Shown here piece after piece: positions 47,750 to 57,339 of a stretch of 64,000 bases of DNA (position 1 is the first letter of the stretch; every line of letters starts with the position of its first letter). The notes under the pieces were generated by a model, which worked only from the letters and a program-made list of their open reading frames with translations, searched no databases and was not told the origin of the DNA. Both the position numbers and the translations under genes were made by a program. The DNA is from Flavobacteriales bacterium. GTDB taxonomy: Bacteria > Bacteroidota > Bacteroidia > Flavobacteriales_F > PHOS-HE28. The stretch is taken from NCBI GenBank assembly GCA_020635695.1, contig JACJZH010000005.1, positions 102,708-166,707 of the forward strand. Direction: 5' to 3'.

Positions 47750-48778
47750 TCAGGGCGTCGCGGTCTCCGGAAAGCGCAGGCCGTAGATCACCGCCTCCAG
47801 CTCGCGCAGGTACTCGCGCTTGTCGAACTGGGGAGCGTACACGTAGCCCTCGGCGGTGACCACGCGGCCACGCGCTTCGTCCACCCGGGTGAGGCTGATG
47901 AAGGGCCCGCCCATGAGCATGCCATGCATGCCCCAAAGGCCGCGCAGTTCCTTGGCGTAGGCACCGTCCACTTCGCGGTCCTGCGCCAGGGGCATCAGGT
48001 CCACCTCCTCGAACCGGCGCTGGGTGATCATCCAGGTGTTGGGATCGGGTCCGGGCACGTGCAGCTTCAGCACGCTGTCGCGCATGTCCACCAGGGGCTT
48101 CAGCAGGAAGGTGCTGTCGCTCACGTAGGGGTAGGTGTAGACCAGCAGGCCCTCCTGCACGTTGTGCTCCAGCCCGGCACCGCTCATGATCCGGTCGCGT
48201 CGCAACCACACGAAGTGCGGCGCCTGCTTGGCCACCCGGAAGCCTCCTGGCACGTTCATCTCCACCTGCAACTGGGAGAGCAGGCTGGTGCCCAAGGCCT
48301 GGTCCGATTCCCTGGCAAGCCGTTCCTGGAGACGCTCGCGTTCGGCATCGTCGAAGGCAGAGAGCACCTGACCGGCACGGTCCTGCAGGGCCTTCACCCA
48401 GAGCCCGGTGTTCGGCGCCGCCACACGCAGCACCACCTGACCACGGGCGAAGCGATCGGGCTGGCGCTGCACCACCACGCTGTCCTGCCCGGGACCGATC
48501 TCGGCCAGCAGCACGTTGCGGTGGTTCCGCAGAAAACCGCCGAACTGTTTCGGCGTGCATTGTGCCACGCGGAAGTGCGGCTCGCGCTGCGGCAGGCGGG
48601 GGAAATACTGCTCCAGCACGCCGCGGGCGGCCACACCGGCATCCCCGTTCCAGTACGTGGTGTCCATCACCACCAGCACCTCGCCCTGGGCGCCGGCGGC
48701 CTCGGGTTTCACGGTCACTCCCTCGTCACAGCCCAGCAGGGCGGCGGCCAGTAGGAGGACGAAGAAGGGGCTCCTCAT
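47750..48778 (-). CDS. Hypothetical lipoprotein (DUF4837-like)
   Basis: The lipobox is LLAAALLGC. No catalytic motifs are present. A 4-nt overlap links it to the upstream transglycosylase gene. Confidence 0.55.
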   Translation of the reverse strand: MRSPFFVLLLAAALLGCDEGVTVKPEAAGAQGEVLVVMDTTYWNGDAGVAARGVLEQYFPRLPQREPHFRVAQCTPKQFGGFLRNHRNVLLAEIGPGQDSVVVQRQPDRFARGQVVLRVAAPNTGLWVKALQDRAGQVLSAFDDAERERLQERLARESDQALGTSLLSQLQVEMNVPGGFRVAKQAPHFVWLRRDRIMSGAGLEHNVQEGLLVYTYPYVSDSTFLLKPLVDMRDSVLKLHVPGPDPNTWMITQRRFEEVDLMPLAQDREVDGAYAKELRGLWGMHGMLMGGPFISLTRVDEARGRVVTAEGYVYAPQFDKREYLRELEAVIYGLRFPETATP

Positions 48779-50253
48779 CCCTGCTGGACCCCCACGCGGA
48801 TCTTCTTGCCCGGCGAGAGCCGCCGGAAATTGAGGTCGGAGTTCAGCCGCTTGAGGTCCTCCACGGACACGCCCGGGTACTTGTTGGCGATGTCCCACAG
48901 CGTGTCGCCGTTCTGGATGGTGTGGTAGATGTACTCCGTGTCCTTGGCGGGTTCCTTTTCCGCCACGGGTTCGGCAGCTTTCTCCTTCGCAGGTTTCGCC
49001 GCAGCACGTACCGGGGCTTCCTTCTCGATCCGCAGGCGCTGCCCGGGTTGGATGCGGTCACTGCGCAGTCCGTTCCAGTGCTTCAGCTGCGATACGGTGA
49101 CACCGTTGCGCTGGGCGATCAGGCCCAGGCTTTCACCCCGGCGCACGATGTGAACCACCTCCTGGGGGGCGGTGGCCAGCGCTTCTCCGGCCTCCACCTT
49201 GGCCTCGTACCAGGCGTACCGGAGGCTGTCCTCGCCGGCCAGGAAGGCCGCCACCACATCGCGCGGCACGTAGAGCGCCACCGGCTGGTCCGGATCGGGC
49301 ACCAGGCCCCGCTTGAAGGTGGGGTTCAGTTCCTGCAACAACTCGGCGGTGGTGCCGGTGGCCTTCGCCAGGTCGGCGAGCTCCAAGGGGTAGCACACCT
49401 GCACGGTGTCCATCTCGTAGGCGCAGTAGGTGGGCGCCACGGGGTACAGGTTGTGGTCGGCCGCGTGGGCCATGATGTAGTTCACGGCGATGAAGGCGGG
49501 CACGTAACCGCGGGTCTCGCGGGGCAGCCAGGCGTACACCTCCCAGTAGTCGCGCTTGCCGCCGCTGCGCCGGATGGCCTTGTTCACGTTGCCAGGCCCG
49601 CAGTTGTAGGCCGCCAGTGCCAGTTCCCAATCGCCGAAGATGCCGTGCAGGTCCTTCAGGTACCGGCAGGCGGCCTCGGTGCTCTTGTACACATCGTGCC
49701 GCTCGTCCACGTAGCTGTCCACGTGCAGGCCATAGAGCTTGCCGGTGCCGGTCATGAACTGCCAGAGCCCGGTGGCGCCGGCGCGGGAACGGGCGGCCGG
49801 GTTCAGCGCGCTTTCCACCACGGCCAGGTACTTCAGTTCCATGGGCATGTCGTGGCGGTCCAGGGCCTCCTCGAACACCGGGAAGTACAGTTCCGCCAGC
49901 CCCAGCATGCGGCTGGTCTGTTCGCGGCGCTTCTGGGCGTACAGGTCGATGTAGGCCTGCACCGTGCGGTTGTAGGTGAGCGAGAAGGGCGTGCGGTGGT
50001 CCAGGATGGCCAGGCGCTCGGCGTAGATGCGTTCGTCGTACGCGGGCACCTCGTGCGGGGCGAACCCATGCACGTTCAGCGAGGCGGTGTCGGCCGTGAA
50101 GGGGTCGTTCAGCAGCCAGGGCAGGATGGCCAGCGCGTCCAGCTGGGCCAGCACGGGATCGTCGGCCGGCAGGGCTTCCGCCGGGGCGGGCTCCTGGGCG
50201 GCGAGCAGCCCGGGCAGGAGCAGGGCGGCGAGCAGGTTCCGGGTACGGGCCAT
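48775..50253 (-). CDS. Membrane-bound lytic murein transglycosylase D-like (SLT domain + two LysM domains)
   Basis: A signal peptide is present. The SLT catalytic region is AVVESALNP.A.S.AGA.GLWQFM. Two C-terminal LysM domains are HIVRRGESLGLIA and YHTIQNGDTLWDIA. Confidence 0.85.
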   Translation of the reverse strand: MARTRNLLAALLLPGLLAAQEPAPAEALPADDPVLAQLDALAILPWLLNDPFTADTASLNVHGFAPHEVPAYDERIYAERLAILDHRTPFSLTYNRTVQAYIDLYAQKRREQTSRMLGLAELYFPVFEEALDRHDMPMELKYLAVVESALNPAARSRAGATGLWQFMTGTGKLYGLHVDSYVDERHDVYKSTEAACRYLKDLHGIFGDWELALAAYNCGPGNVNKAIRRSGGKRDYWEVYAWLPRETRGYVPAFIAVNYIMAHAADHNLYPVAPTYCAYEMDTVQVCYPLELADLAKATGTTAELLQELNPTFKRGLVPDPDQPVALYVPRDVVAAFLAGEDSLRYAWYEAKVEAGEALATAPQEVVHIVRRGESLGLIAQRNGVTVSQLKHWNGLRSDRIQPGQRLRIEKEAPVRAAAKPAKEKAAEPVAEKEPAKDTEYIYHTIQNGDTLWDIANKYPGVSVEDLKRLNSDLNFRRLSPGKKIRVGVQQG

Positions 50254-50342
50254 GTTCGGTCGAAAGTTACTGGTGATACGTACCGGGGCCGGCTTTGTTG
50301 TGACGGCCCGCCGCCAACGATCGATCGTGCGATCGCCCGTGA

Positions 50343-51776
50343 TCAGGCCCCGAAGAGCTGGGCGGAGGCCTGCAGCAGGAGGTCCTCCCGGAAGGGCGCG
50401 GCCATGAGCTGCACGCCGAAGGGCAGCCCGTTGCTGTGCGTGCCCGTGGGCAGCGAGATGGCGGGGTTGCCCACCAGGTTGGCCTGCACGGTGAAGATGT
50501 CCTGCAGGTACATGGCGATGGGGTCCTCGCTCAACGCCCCCAGCTCGAAGGCGGTCATGGGGCTGGTGGGCATCAGGATCAGGTCGAAGTCCTGGAAGGT
50601 GCGCAGGGTGGCCTCGCGGATCAGGCGCCGCACCTTCTGCCCCTTGGCGTAGTAGGCGTCGTAGTAGCCGGCGCTGAGCACGAAGGTGCCCAGCAGGATG
50701 CGCCGCTGCACCTCCGGACCGAAGCCCTCGCTGCGGCTCATCCGGTAGATCTCCTCCAGGCTCCTGGCCTCTTTGCTGCGGTGGCCGAAATGGATGCCGT
50801 CGTAGCGGGCCAGGTTGCTGCTGGCCTCGGCCGTGGCCAGGATGTAGTAGGTGGGCACCAGGTGCTCCAGCATGGGCAGCTCGGCGGGCTCCACGGTATG
50901 GCCCTCGGCCTTCAGCCGGTCGATGGTGGCCTGCAGGTGTGCCACCACCTCGGGGTCCGTGCCGGGGCGCTCCAGGCATTCGCGGTAGTAGGCGATGCGC
51001 AGCTTGCCGGGGTGGGTGTCCAGCGCGGCGGGCTCCACGGGGCGGTGGCTGCTGGTGTTGTCCAGCGGGTCGTGGCCTGCCATGGCCTCGTACACCCGGG
51101 CGGCGTCGTGCACGTCGTGCGCGAAGGGTCCGATCTGGTCGAAGCTGCTGGCGAAGGCGATGAGGCCGTAGCGGCTCACGCGGCCGTAGGTGGGCTTGAA
51201 GCCGACCGTGCCGGTGAAGGAGGCCGGCTGCCGGATGGAACCGCCCGTGTCCGAGCCCAGGGCCGCATGCACGACCTGGGCCGCCACGCTGGCCGCTGCA
51301 CCTCCGGAAGATCCGCCGGGCACCCGCTTCTCGTCCAGCGGGTTGCGAACGGGGCCGTGGAAGCTGGTCTCGTTGCTGGAGCCCATGGCGAACTCGTCGC
51401 AGTTGGTGCGGCCCAGGACCACGGCATCGGCGGCGAGCAGCCGCTCCACCACCGTGGCGCTGTACAGGCTGGTGAAGCCCTCCAGCATCCGCGAGGAAGC
51501 ACTCACGCGATGGTCCTTGTAGCAGATGTTGTCCTTGATGCTCAGCACCAGCCCCGCCAGGGGACCGGCCTCACCGGCCTTCAGGCGCTGGTCCACGCGC
51601 TCGGCCTGTTCGCGGGCGCTGGTGTCGAAGGTCTCCAGGAAGGCGTTCAGGTGGGCCTGTTCCTTGGACTGGACGAGGGCCTGGTCCACGAGGGCGCCCA
51701 CGGAGGTGGCCTTCCGGGAAAGCAGGTCCTGCACATCGCGCAGGCCGCGCGCTCGGTCCGTGTTCTCGGCCGCCAT
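50343..51776 (-). CDS. gatA: Glutamyl-tRNA(Gln)/aspartyl-tRNA(Asn) amidotransferase subunit A
   Basis: The amidase signature is GGSSGGAAASVAA...GSDTGGSIRQPA. Confidence 0.9.
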   Translation of the reverse strand: MAAENTDRARGLRDVQDLLSRKATSVGALVDQALVQSKEQAHLNAFLETFDTSAREQAERVDQRLKAGEAGPLAGLVLSIKDNICYKDHRVSASSRMLEGFTSLYSATVVERLLAADAVVLGRTNCDEFAMGSSNETSFHGPVRNPLDEKRVPGGSSGGAAASVAAQVVHAALGSDTGGSIRQPASFTGTVGFKPTYGRVSRYGLIAFASSFDQIGPFAHDVHDAARVYEAMAGHDPLDNTSSHRPVEPAALDTHPGKLRIAYYRECLERPGTDPEVVAHLQATIDRLKAEGHTVEPAELPMLEHLVPTYYILATAEASSNLARYDGIHFGHRSKEARSLEEIYRMSRSEGFGPEVQRRILLGTFVLSAGYYDAYYAKGQKVRRLIREATLRTFQDFDLILMPTSPMTAFELGALSEDPIAMYLQDIFTVQANLVGNPAISLPTGTHSNGLPFGVQLMAAPFREDLLLQASAQLFGA

Positions 51777-51784
51777 CGCCGGAC

Positions 51785-51979
51785 TCAGCCCTTGCCGTCC
51801 TTGCCGGCGGTGTCGTCGCCCTTGCTGGCGTCCTTGAACTCCTTCATGCCCTGACCGAGGCCGCGCATCAGCTCGGGGATCTTCTTGCCCCCGAAGAGCA
51901 GCAGCAGGGCCAGCACGATCAGCACGATCTGCCAGGGCCCGATCATGCCGAGGAATATGGTGAGGGGGAGGTGCGACAT
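51785..51979 (-). CDS. tatA: Twin-arginine translocase subunit TatA/E
   Basis: A single TM helix plus amphipathic helix is present (MIGPWQIVLIVLALLLLFGGKKIPELMRGLG). The start was trimmed from 52042; Met33 at 51946 is an alternative. Confidence 0.8.
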   Translation of the reverse strand: MSHLPLTIFLGMIGPWQIVLIVLALLLLFGGKKIPELMRGLGQGMKEFKDASKGDDTAGKDGKG

Positions 51980-52023
51980 GGGGTGCGCTTCTGGAGCAAA
52001 GGTAGGGTGAACGGATCCAGCCC

Positions 52024-53268
52024 CTACTGCCGGAACAGCCACAGCGCCGGGTCCACCTTCTCGAGGCCGCTGCCGGAGATCTTCCAGATCTCTACGTGGG
52101 CCTTGCTGCTGTTGTCCTCGGTCATCACGGTGCCGATGGGCTGCTTGGTCTCCACCTTGTCGCCCTTGGCCACGCGGGCGTCGCGCAGGTTGCTGTACAC
52201 CGAGCGGTAGGCGCCGTGGTCCAGCACCACGGCCTTGCCGGCGCCGGGGATCACGATCACGCTGGTGACGGTGCCGCGGAACACGGCCCGCACGGGGGCG
52301 CCCTTCTCGGTGGTGATGTCCACCCCGTTGTTCTCGATGGTGATGCCGGGCAGGACCGGGTGGGGCTGGCGGCCGAAGTTGCTGGTGATGACCCCGCGCT
52401 CCACGGGCCAGGGCAGCTTGCCCTTGTTCTTCTCGAAGTCGGCGCTCAGTTCCAGCGCTTCAGGCGTCAGGGTGAAGGTGCCCTTGTTGCTGCCCTTGTT
52501 GCGGCGCACCTCCTCCTCGATGATGCGGCGGATGGCGGCGTCCAGTTCGTTCCGCTGCTTCTCCTGCTTCTTCAGCTGGGCCTTCAGGCGGCCCTCCTCC
52601 TTGCGCAGGGCGTTGAGCGCGGTCTGGCGGCCCTGGCGGTCGCCGGCCAGGCGGCTGCGTTCGGCCACCTGCCCTTCGCGGAGCGCGACCTTTTCGGCCT
52701 GCTGCTCCTTGAGCCCGGCGATGGTGGCCTCCAGCGTGTCGCGGGTGCCCTCGATCAGTTCGGCCTGGCGCCGGCGGTGGGTGGCGATCTGGTCCAGGTA
52801 GCGCGAGCGGCGGTAGGCCTGGGTGAAGGACTCCGAGGCGAAGATGTAGCTGAGCCGGTCGTAGGAACTGCGGTTGCGGTAGGCGAAGCGGAGCATGCGG
52901 CCGTACTCCTCCTTCAGCCGGGCAAGGTCCTCCTCCAGGCGCCGCACCTTGTCCTGGTCCTCCTCGATGCGGCGCTCCAGCCGGCGCAGTTCGCTGTCGA
53001 AGGTGCGCACCAGCTCCTCGCGGGCGGCGATCTGGCGGGCCAGCAGCTGCACCTGTTCCTGGGCGCTGGCCTGCTCCTTCTTGGCCTGTTCGATCAGGGT
53101 GCTGGTGGTGCGGATCTGCTTGTCCAGCGCGTCCCGCTTCTGTTCCAGCGTCTTCCGGTCCTGCGCGTGCAGTCCTGCGGCCAGCAGCACCAGCACGAGC
53201 CACGCGGCCGCCCTAGTCCATGGGGGTGAACTTCGCCGGGATGCGGAAGGGGAGTTGCAGCGGTCCAT
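52024..53268 (-). CDS. M23-family peptidase / EnvC-like murein hydrolase activator with N-terminal coiled coil
   Basis: A long coiled coil precedes a C-terminal LytM domain (..ENNGVDITTEKGAPVRAVFRGTV...VVLDHGAYRSVYSNL). The start is uncertain because it overlaps the upstream gene stop. Confidence 0.75.
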   Translation of the reverse strand: MDRCNSPSASRRSSPPWTRAAAWLVLVLLAAGLHAQDRKTLEQKRDALDKQIRTTSTLIEQAKKEQASAQEQVQLLARQIAAREELVRTFDSELRRLERRIEEDQDKVRRLEEDLARLKEEYGRMLRFAYRNRSSYDRLSYIFASESFTQAYRRSRYLDQIATHRRRQAELIEGTRDTLEATIAGLKEQQAEKVALREGQVAERSRLAGDRQGRQTALNALRKEEGRLKAQLKKQEKQRNELDAAIRRIIEEEVRRNKGSNKGTFTLTPEALELSADFEKNKGKLPWPVERGVITSNFGRQPHPVLPGITIENNGVDITTEKGAPVRAVFRGTVTSVIVIPGAGKAVVLDHGAYRSVYSNLRDARVAKGDKVETKQPIGTVMTEDNSSKAHVEIWKISGSGLEKVDPALWLFRQ

Positions 53269-54106
53269 CCAAGGCGATCTTGGAGAGCTCAAAGATGGCC
53301 CCCGCCTCGCGCTCGCCATCGGCCAGGCCGATCCGGATACGAACAGGCAGGCTGCGATCGTCCACGGGGGTCCGTTCCTCATAACGCACCTCGGCCTGCC
53401 TGCCGCGTGCCAGGTCGGTGATCAGCACGCGGGTCACGCGGAAGTCGTCCGGGTCTATCCAGTAGCGGTACACCACGGCATCGCGGTCCTCCGCCTGTTC
53501 CAGGATGCGCTCCAGTTGTTCGTCGTCCAAGCCGCCGGCATCGCTGCTGTCCAGGGGGGCCAGTTCCTCGGCGGCGCGCACGAAGCGCTTCTTTTCGCGG
53601 CTGGTGAGCACGTACTGGCCGTCCTCGCGGTCGGCGCGGTACTTCTCCTGCGGGTCCAATCCGATGGCCTTGCCGTAGACGGCGTCCTGCAGCAGCGCCA
53701 GGTCGGGTTGCAGCCCGAAGCGGGCCTTGGCGCTGTCCAGCGTGCCCAGGAAATAGTGGTCGTTCAGTTTGTCGAGCACCTTCAGCGAGTCGGTGCCCAG
53801 CACGGCCCGGGCCACCTCGATGCCCAAGGCGGGCACCACGCTGATCCAGGCCGCGCTGTCGCGCACCACGCGCAGGTGGGCCTTGAAGCTGCGCGAGCCA
53901 TCGGGACCCTCCACGGACACGTCCGCCTTGGCGCTGTAGTAGCGCAGGTCGGCGCCCTGGGCGGCAGTGAGCCGTTCGATGAGCTTCTCGGGCGAGCGGG
54001 CGGGCAGGTCGCGCGTGGCGTCCATCGCGGGCCGTGTGCTCTTGCAGGCCACCACCACCAGCAGCCCGGGCAGCAGACGCAGGGTGGGGTGGAGGCGGGG
54101 GAACAT
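53213..54106 (-). CDS. Hypothetical lipoprotein (DUF4292-like)
   Basis: A signal peptide and lipobox are present in MFPRLHPTLRLLPGLLVVVAC. No catalytic motifs are found. Confidence 0.55.
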   Translation of the reverse strand: MFPRLHPTLRLLPGLLVVVACKSTRPAMDATRDLPARSPEKLIERLTAAQGADLRYYSAKADVSVEGPDGSRSFKAHLRVVRDSAAWISVVPALGIEVARAVLGTDSLKVLDKLNDHYFLGTLDSAKARFGLQPDLALLQDAVYGKAIGLDPQEKYRADREDGQYVLTSREKKRFVRAAEELAPLDSSDAGGLDDEQLERILEQAEDRDAVVYRYWIDPDDFRVTRVLITDLARGRQAEVRYEERTPVDDRSLPVRIRIGLADGEREAGAIFELSKIALDGPLQLPFRIPAKFTPMD

Positions 54107-54108
54107 GG

Positions 54109-55866
54109 TCAGGGCCGGCCTTCCTCCGCCTTGCGGTCGATCGCGTCGCTGGCCCCGCCCAGATCGCGGGCGCGCTGCCATTGTTCGCGGGCACCGGCCT
54201 CATCGCCGAGCTTGAACAGGATGTCGCCGTAGTGCTCCACGATCACGCCCTCGCCGGAACCTCCGCTCGCCAGGGCCTTTTCGATCCAGGTACGGGCCTC
54301 GGAGTATTTGCCCTGCTGGTACAGCACCCAGGCGTAGGTGTCCTGGAAGGAGGGCTGCCCGGGGGCCAGTTCGTTGGAGCGCAGGCTCATTTGGGCGGCC
54401 TTCTCCAGGCGGTCGTTGCGCAGGCTCAGGTAGTAGGCGTAGTTGTTCAGCGTGGTGGGGTCGTCGGGCCGCAGCTTCAGGGCCTGGTCGAAGGCGCGGT
54501 CGCTGGCGGCGAACTCCCCGGCCTCGTTGTGGGCATCGCCCAGGCTGGTCCAGAACTGGGCCTGCAGCATCGGGTCGTCGATCACCAGGTCGCGGCCCAT
54601 GGTCAGGGTCTCCACGGCTTCGTCGTGGCGCCCCAGCTGGGACAGGCCGATGCCGTGGAAGAGGTAGAGGGTGGGCTGGGTGGGGAAGAGCTCGATGGCC
54701 TGGGCCGCGTCCTCCACCACGGCCTCGTTGTCCTGAAGTTGCAGGTCCAGTTGCAGCAATTGCTGCCAGATGGGAAAGCGGTCCTTCTCGTATTCCAAGG
54801 CCAGCTGGAACTGTTCCCGGGCCTCGGTGAAGCGGTTGTCCCGCATCAGGAAATCGCCGTGGATCGTGTGCGGCTTGCCACTCTCGGGATGGGCCCGCTC
54901 CAGGGTGCCGATCAGGTCGTAGGTGCGCTGGAGCATCTCCTCCTGTTCGCCGGTGCCGCTGCCGGCGGAGCGCGTCATCTCGTAGAAGCCGAGCAGTACC
55001 TGCATCTTGGCGTCCAGGTCCAGGTCGGGGTCGCCGAAGGCGTGGTCCAGCTGTTCATAGGCCTTGCCGAGATCCCCCTGCGAGTAGTGGTGTTCGGCCA
55101 GGGCGATGCGGGCCATGCTGTCGTCGGGATCCTGGTCCAGGATGCGCTGGTACTCGGCGAAGGCCAGTTCATGCAGGCCCATCTCATCGTAGAGCTCCGC
55201 CAGCATGCCCCGGTAGTCGATGCGGTCGGGCTGATCGGCCAGTTCGCGTTCCAGCAGCTGGCGCGCGGCCTCGTAGTCGCCGGTGTTGGCCAGCATGTTG
55301 AATTCCTCCATGACCAGCTCCTCGCTGCGGCCGAAGCGCTCCTCAAGGTCGCGGTACACCTTCCGGGCCTCGTCCGTCCTGCCGCTGTAGGCCAGGGCGT
55401 TGGCCAGGTCGAAGTAGACCTCCACGCGGTCGGGCCAGCGGTCCAGGATGTCGCGGTACACCTTCACGGCCTCATCGGTGCGCCCCAGTTGCAGGTCCAG
55501 GTCGGCCAGCAGGAAGTGGTACCAGATGTTGCCGGGGTCCAGTTCGCGGGCCTTGCGGGCCATGGCGAGGGCCTCTTCACCGCGCTGCTGGTTGAAGTAG
55601 AGCTTGGAGAGCTCGAAACAGGCGGCGTCGTTCTTCGGGTCGGCCTTCAGCACCTGCTCGAAGAGCTGGGTGGCCGAACCCATTTCGCCGGCCAGCCTGG
55701 CCTTGGTGGCCTCCATGAACAGGGCCATCACCCGGGCCCGCTGCTCGCTTTCCTTGGCCTTGTCGCCGGCCTCCGCCGGGTGCTTCTGCGGGGCCTCCGC
55801 CAGGTCGCGCGACCCGGAACAGGCCGCGAGCAGCAGGGCCAGGAGCAGATGGAGGCGGATCTTCAA
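54109..55866 (-). CDS. Tetratricopeptide-repeat lipoprotein
   Basis: The start is TTG and the lipobox is LLLAAC. More than 10 TPR units run throughout. Confidence 0.75.
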   Translation of the reverse strand: MKIRLHLLLALLLAACSGSRDLAEAPQKHPAEAGDKAKESEQRARVMALFMEATKARLAGEMGSATQLFEQVLKADPKNDAACFELSKLYFNQQRGEEALAMARKARELDPGNIWYHFLLADLDLQLGRTDEAVKVYRDILDRWPDRVEVYFDLANALAYSGRTDEARKVYRDLEERFGRSEELVMEEFNMLANTGDYEAARQLLERELADQPDRIDYRGMLAELYDEMGLHELAFAEYQRILDQDPDDSMARIALAEHHYSQGDLGKAYEQLDHAFGDPDLDLDAKMQVLLGFYEMTRSAGSGTGEQEEMLQRTYDLIGTLERAHPESGKPHTIHGDFLMRDNRFTEAREQFQLALEYEKDRFPIWQQLLQLDLQLQDNEAVVEDAAQAIELFPTQPTLYLFHGIGLSQLGRHDEAVETLTMGRDLVIDDPMLQAQFWTSLGDAHNEAGEFAASDRAFDQALKLRPDDPTTLNNYAYYLSLRNDRLEKAAQMSLRSNELAPGQPSFQDTYAWVLYQQGKYSEARTWIEKALASGGSGEGVIVEHYGDILFKLGDEAGAREQWQRARDLGGASDAIDRKAEEGRP

Positions 55867-56873
55867 ACGATGACGGTGCTGTGGTCGCTGATGCTGAGGT
55901 CCAGTGCCCGGCCCTCCACGCTGGCGCTCTCGCCCAGCATGCAGTTGTCCAGCACGCTTTGCTGTACACGCGTGCCGGGCCGCAGGATCGACCGCTGCAC
56001 GACGCTTCCCTCGATGGTGCTGCCGGATTCCACGCTCACATAGGGTCCCACCACGGAATCGCGGATGGTCACGTTCTCCCCGATGAAGCAGGGCGGGATG
56101 ATCACGGCATTGGACCGTTCGCCCTTGCTGGAGACCAGGTCCTCCTTGCCGTCCAGGAAGCCGAGCACCTTGGTGTTGGTGTCCACCATGGCGTTCTTGT
56201 TGCCGCAGTCCATCCACACGTCCACCGCCCCGGCCTTGAAGCGCGCGCCCTTCTGCTTCATGTGCTCCATGGCGTTGGTCAGCTGGTACTCGCCCTTGTC
56301 CTTGATGTCGTGGTCGATCAGGTACTGCATCTCCTGACGCAGGCGCTCGCCGTCGGCGAAGTAGTAGATGCCGATGATGGCCAGGTCGCTGACGAATTCC
56401 TGGGGCTTCTCCACGAACTCGGTGATGATGCCCTGGTCGTCCAGCTTCACCACGCCGAAGGGGCGCGGATCGTCCACCTTGTTCACCCAGATCACCCCGT
56501 CGCAGTCCTTGTCCAGCTTCAGGTCGGCGCGGAACAGGGTGTCGGCGAAGGCCACGATGATGCGGCCGTTCAAGGCGCTCTCGGCGCAGAGGATGGCGTG
56601 GGCGGTGCCCAGGGCCTCCTTCTGGTAGTGGATGGTGCCCTTGGCGCCCACCTGTTCGGCGATGGCCACGAGCTCGTCCTCGACCTTCTTCCCGAAGGCC
56701 GGGTTCACCACGTAGGCCACCTCCTCCACGGCCTCGCCGGCCACGGCGGCCAGGTCCTCCACCAGGCGTTGCACGATGGGCTTGCCCGCGATGGGCAGCA
56801 GGGGCTTGGCGGTGGTGTGGGTGTGCGGGCGCATGCGCTTGCCCATGCCCGCCATGGGGACGATGATCTTCAT
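55863..56873 (-). CDS. Sugar-phosphate nucleotidyltransferase with C-terminal left-handed beta-helix
   Basis: The N-terminal NTP-transferase motif is IVPMAGMGKRMRP. The C-terminal hexapeptide-repeat region is IGENVTIRDSVVGPYVSV. Confidence 0.7.
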   Translation of the reverse strand: MKIIVPMAGMGKRMRPHTHTTAKPLLPIAGKPIVQRLVEDLAAVAGEAVEEVAYVVNPAFGKKVEDELVAIAEQVGAKGTIHYQKEALGTAHAILCAESALNGRIIVAFADTLFRADLKLDKDCDGVIWVNKVDDPRPFGVVKLDDQGIITEFVEKPQEFVSDLAIIGIYYFADGERLRQEMQYLIDHDIKDKGEYQLTNAMEHMKQKGARFKAGAVDVWMDCGNKNAMVDTNTKVLGFLDGKEDLVSSKGERSNAVIIPPCFIGENVTIRDSVVGPYVSVESGSTIEGSVVQRSILRPGTRVQQSVLDNCMLGESASVEGRALDLSISDHSTVIV

Positions 56874-56880
56874 CTCTCGC

Positions 56881-57339
56881 TCAGTTCGTTCCGGTGTGGC
56901 CGAAGCCCCCGGAACCGCGTTCGGTGCCGCGAAGGTCCGGACTTTCGGTGAAAGAGACCCGCACATACCGGGCCACCACCAGTTGGGCCACCCGCTCACC
57001 GTCGTTCACGGTGAAGGGCGCGTGCCCGTGGTTGATCAGCAGCACGCCCACCTCACCCCGGTAGTCGGCATCGATGGTGCCCGGGCTGTTGAGCACGGTG
57101 ACGCCATGCTTGAAGGCCAATCCGCTGCGGGGCCGTACCTGTGCTTCGGTGCCTTCGGGCAGCTCCAGGAACAGCCCGGTGGGGATCAGGGCGCGCTCCC
57201 CGGGGGCGAGCACCACCGGCGCCTCCAGATTGGCGCGGAGGTCCACCCCGGCGCTGTGCTCGGTGGCGTATTCCGGGAGCGGGTGCCGCCCCTTGTTGAT
57301 CAGCCGCACGGTGGCCGGTGCTTCGGTGAGGATGCTCAT
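56881..57339 (-). CDS. dut: dUTP diphosphatase
   Basis: dUTPase motifs are [31 protein letters not shown] and a C-terminal RG.GGFGHTG. Confidence 0.9.
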   Translation of the reverse strand: MSILTEAPATVRLINKGRHPLPEYATEHSAGVDLRANLEAPVVLAPGERALIPTGLFLELPEGTEAQVRPRSGLAFKHGVTVLNSPGTIDADYRGEVGVLLINHGHAPFTVNDGERVAQLVVARYVRVSFTESPDLRGTERGSGGFGHTGTN

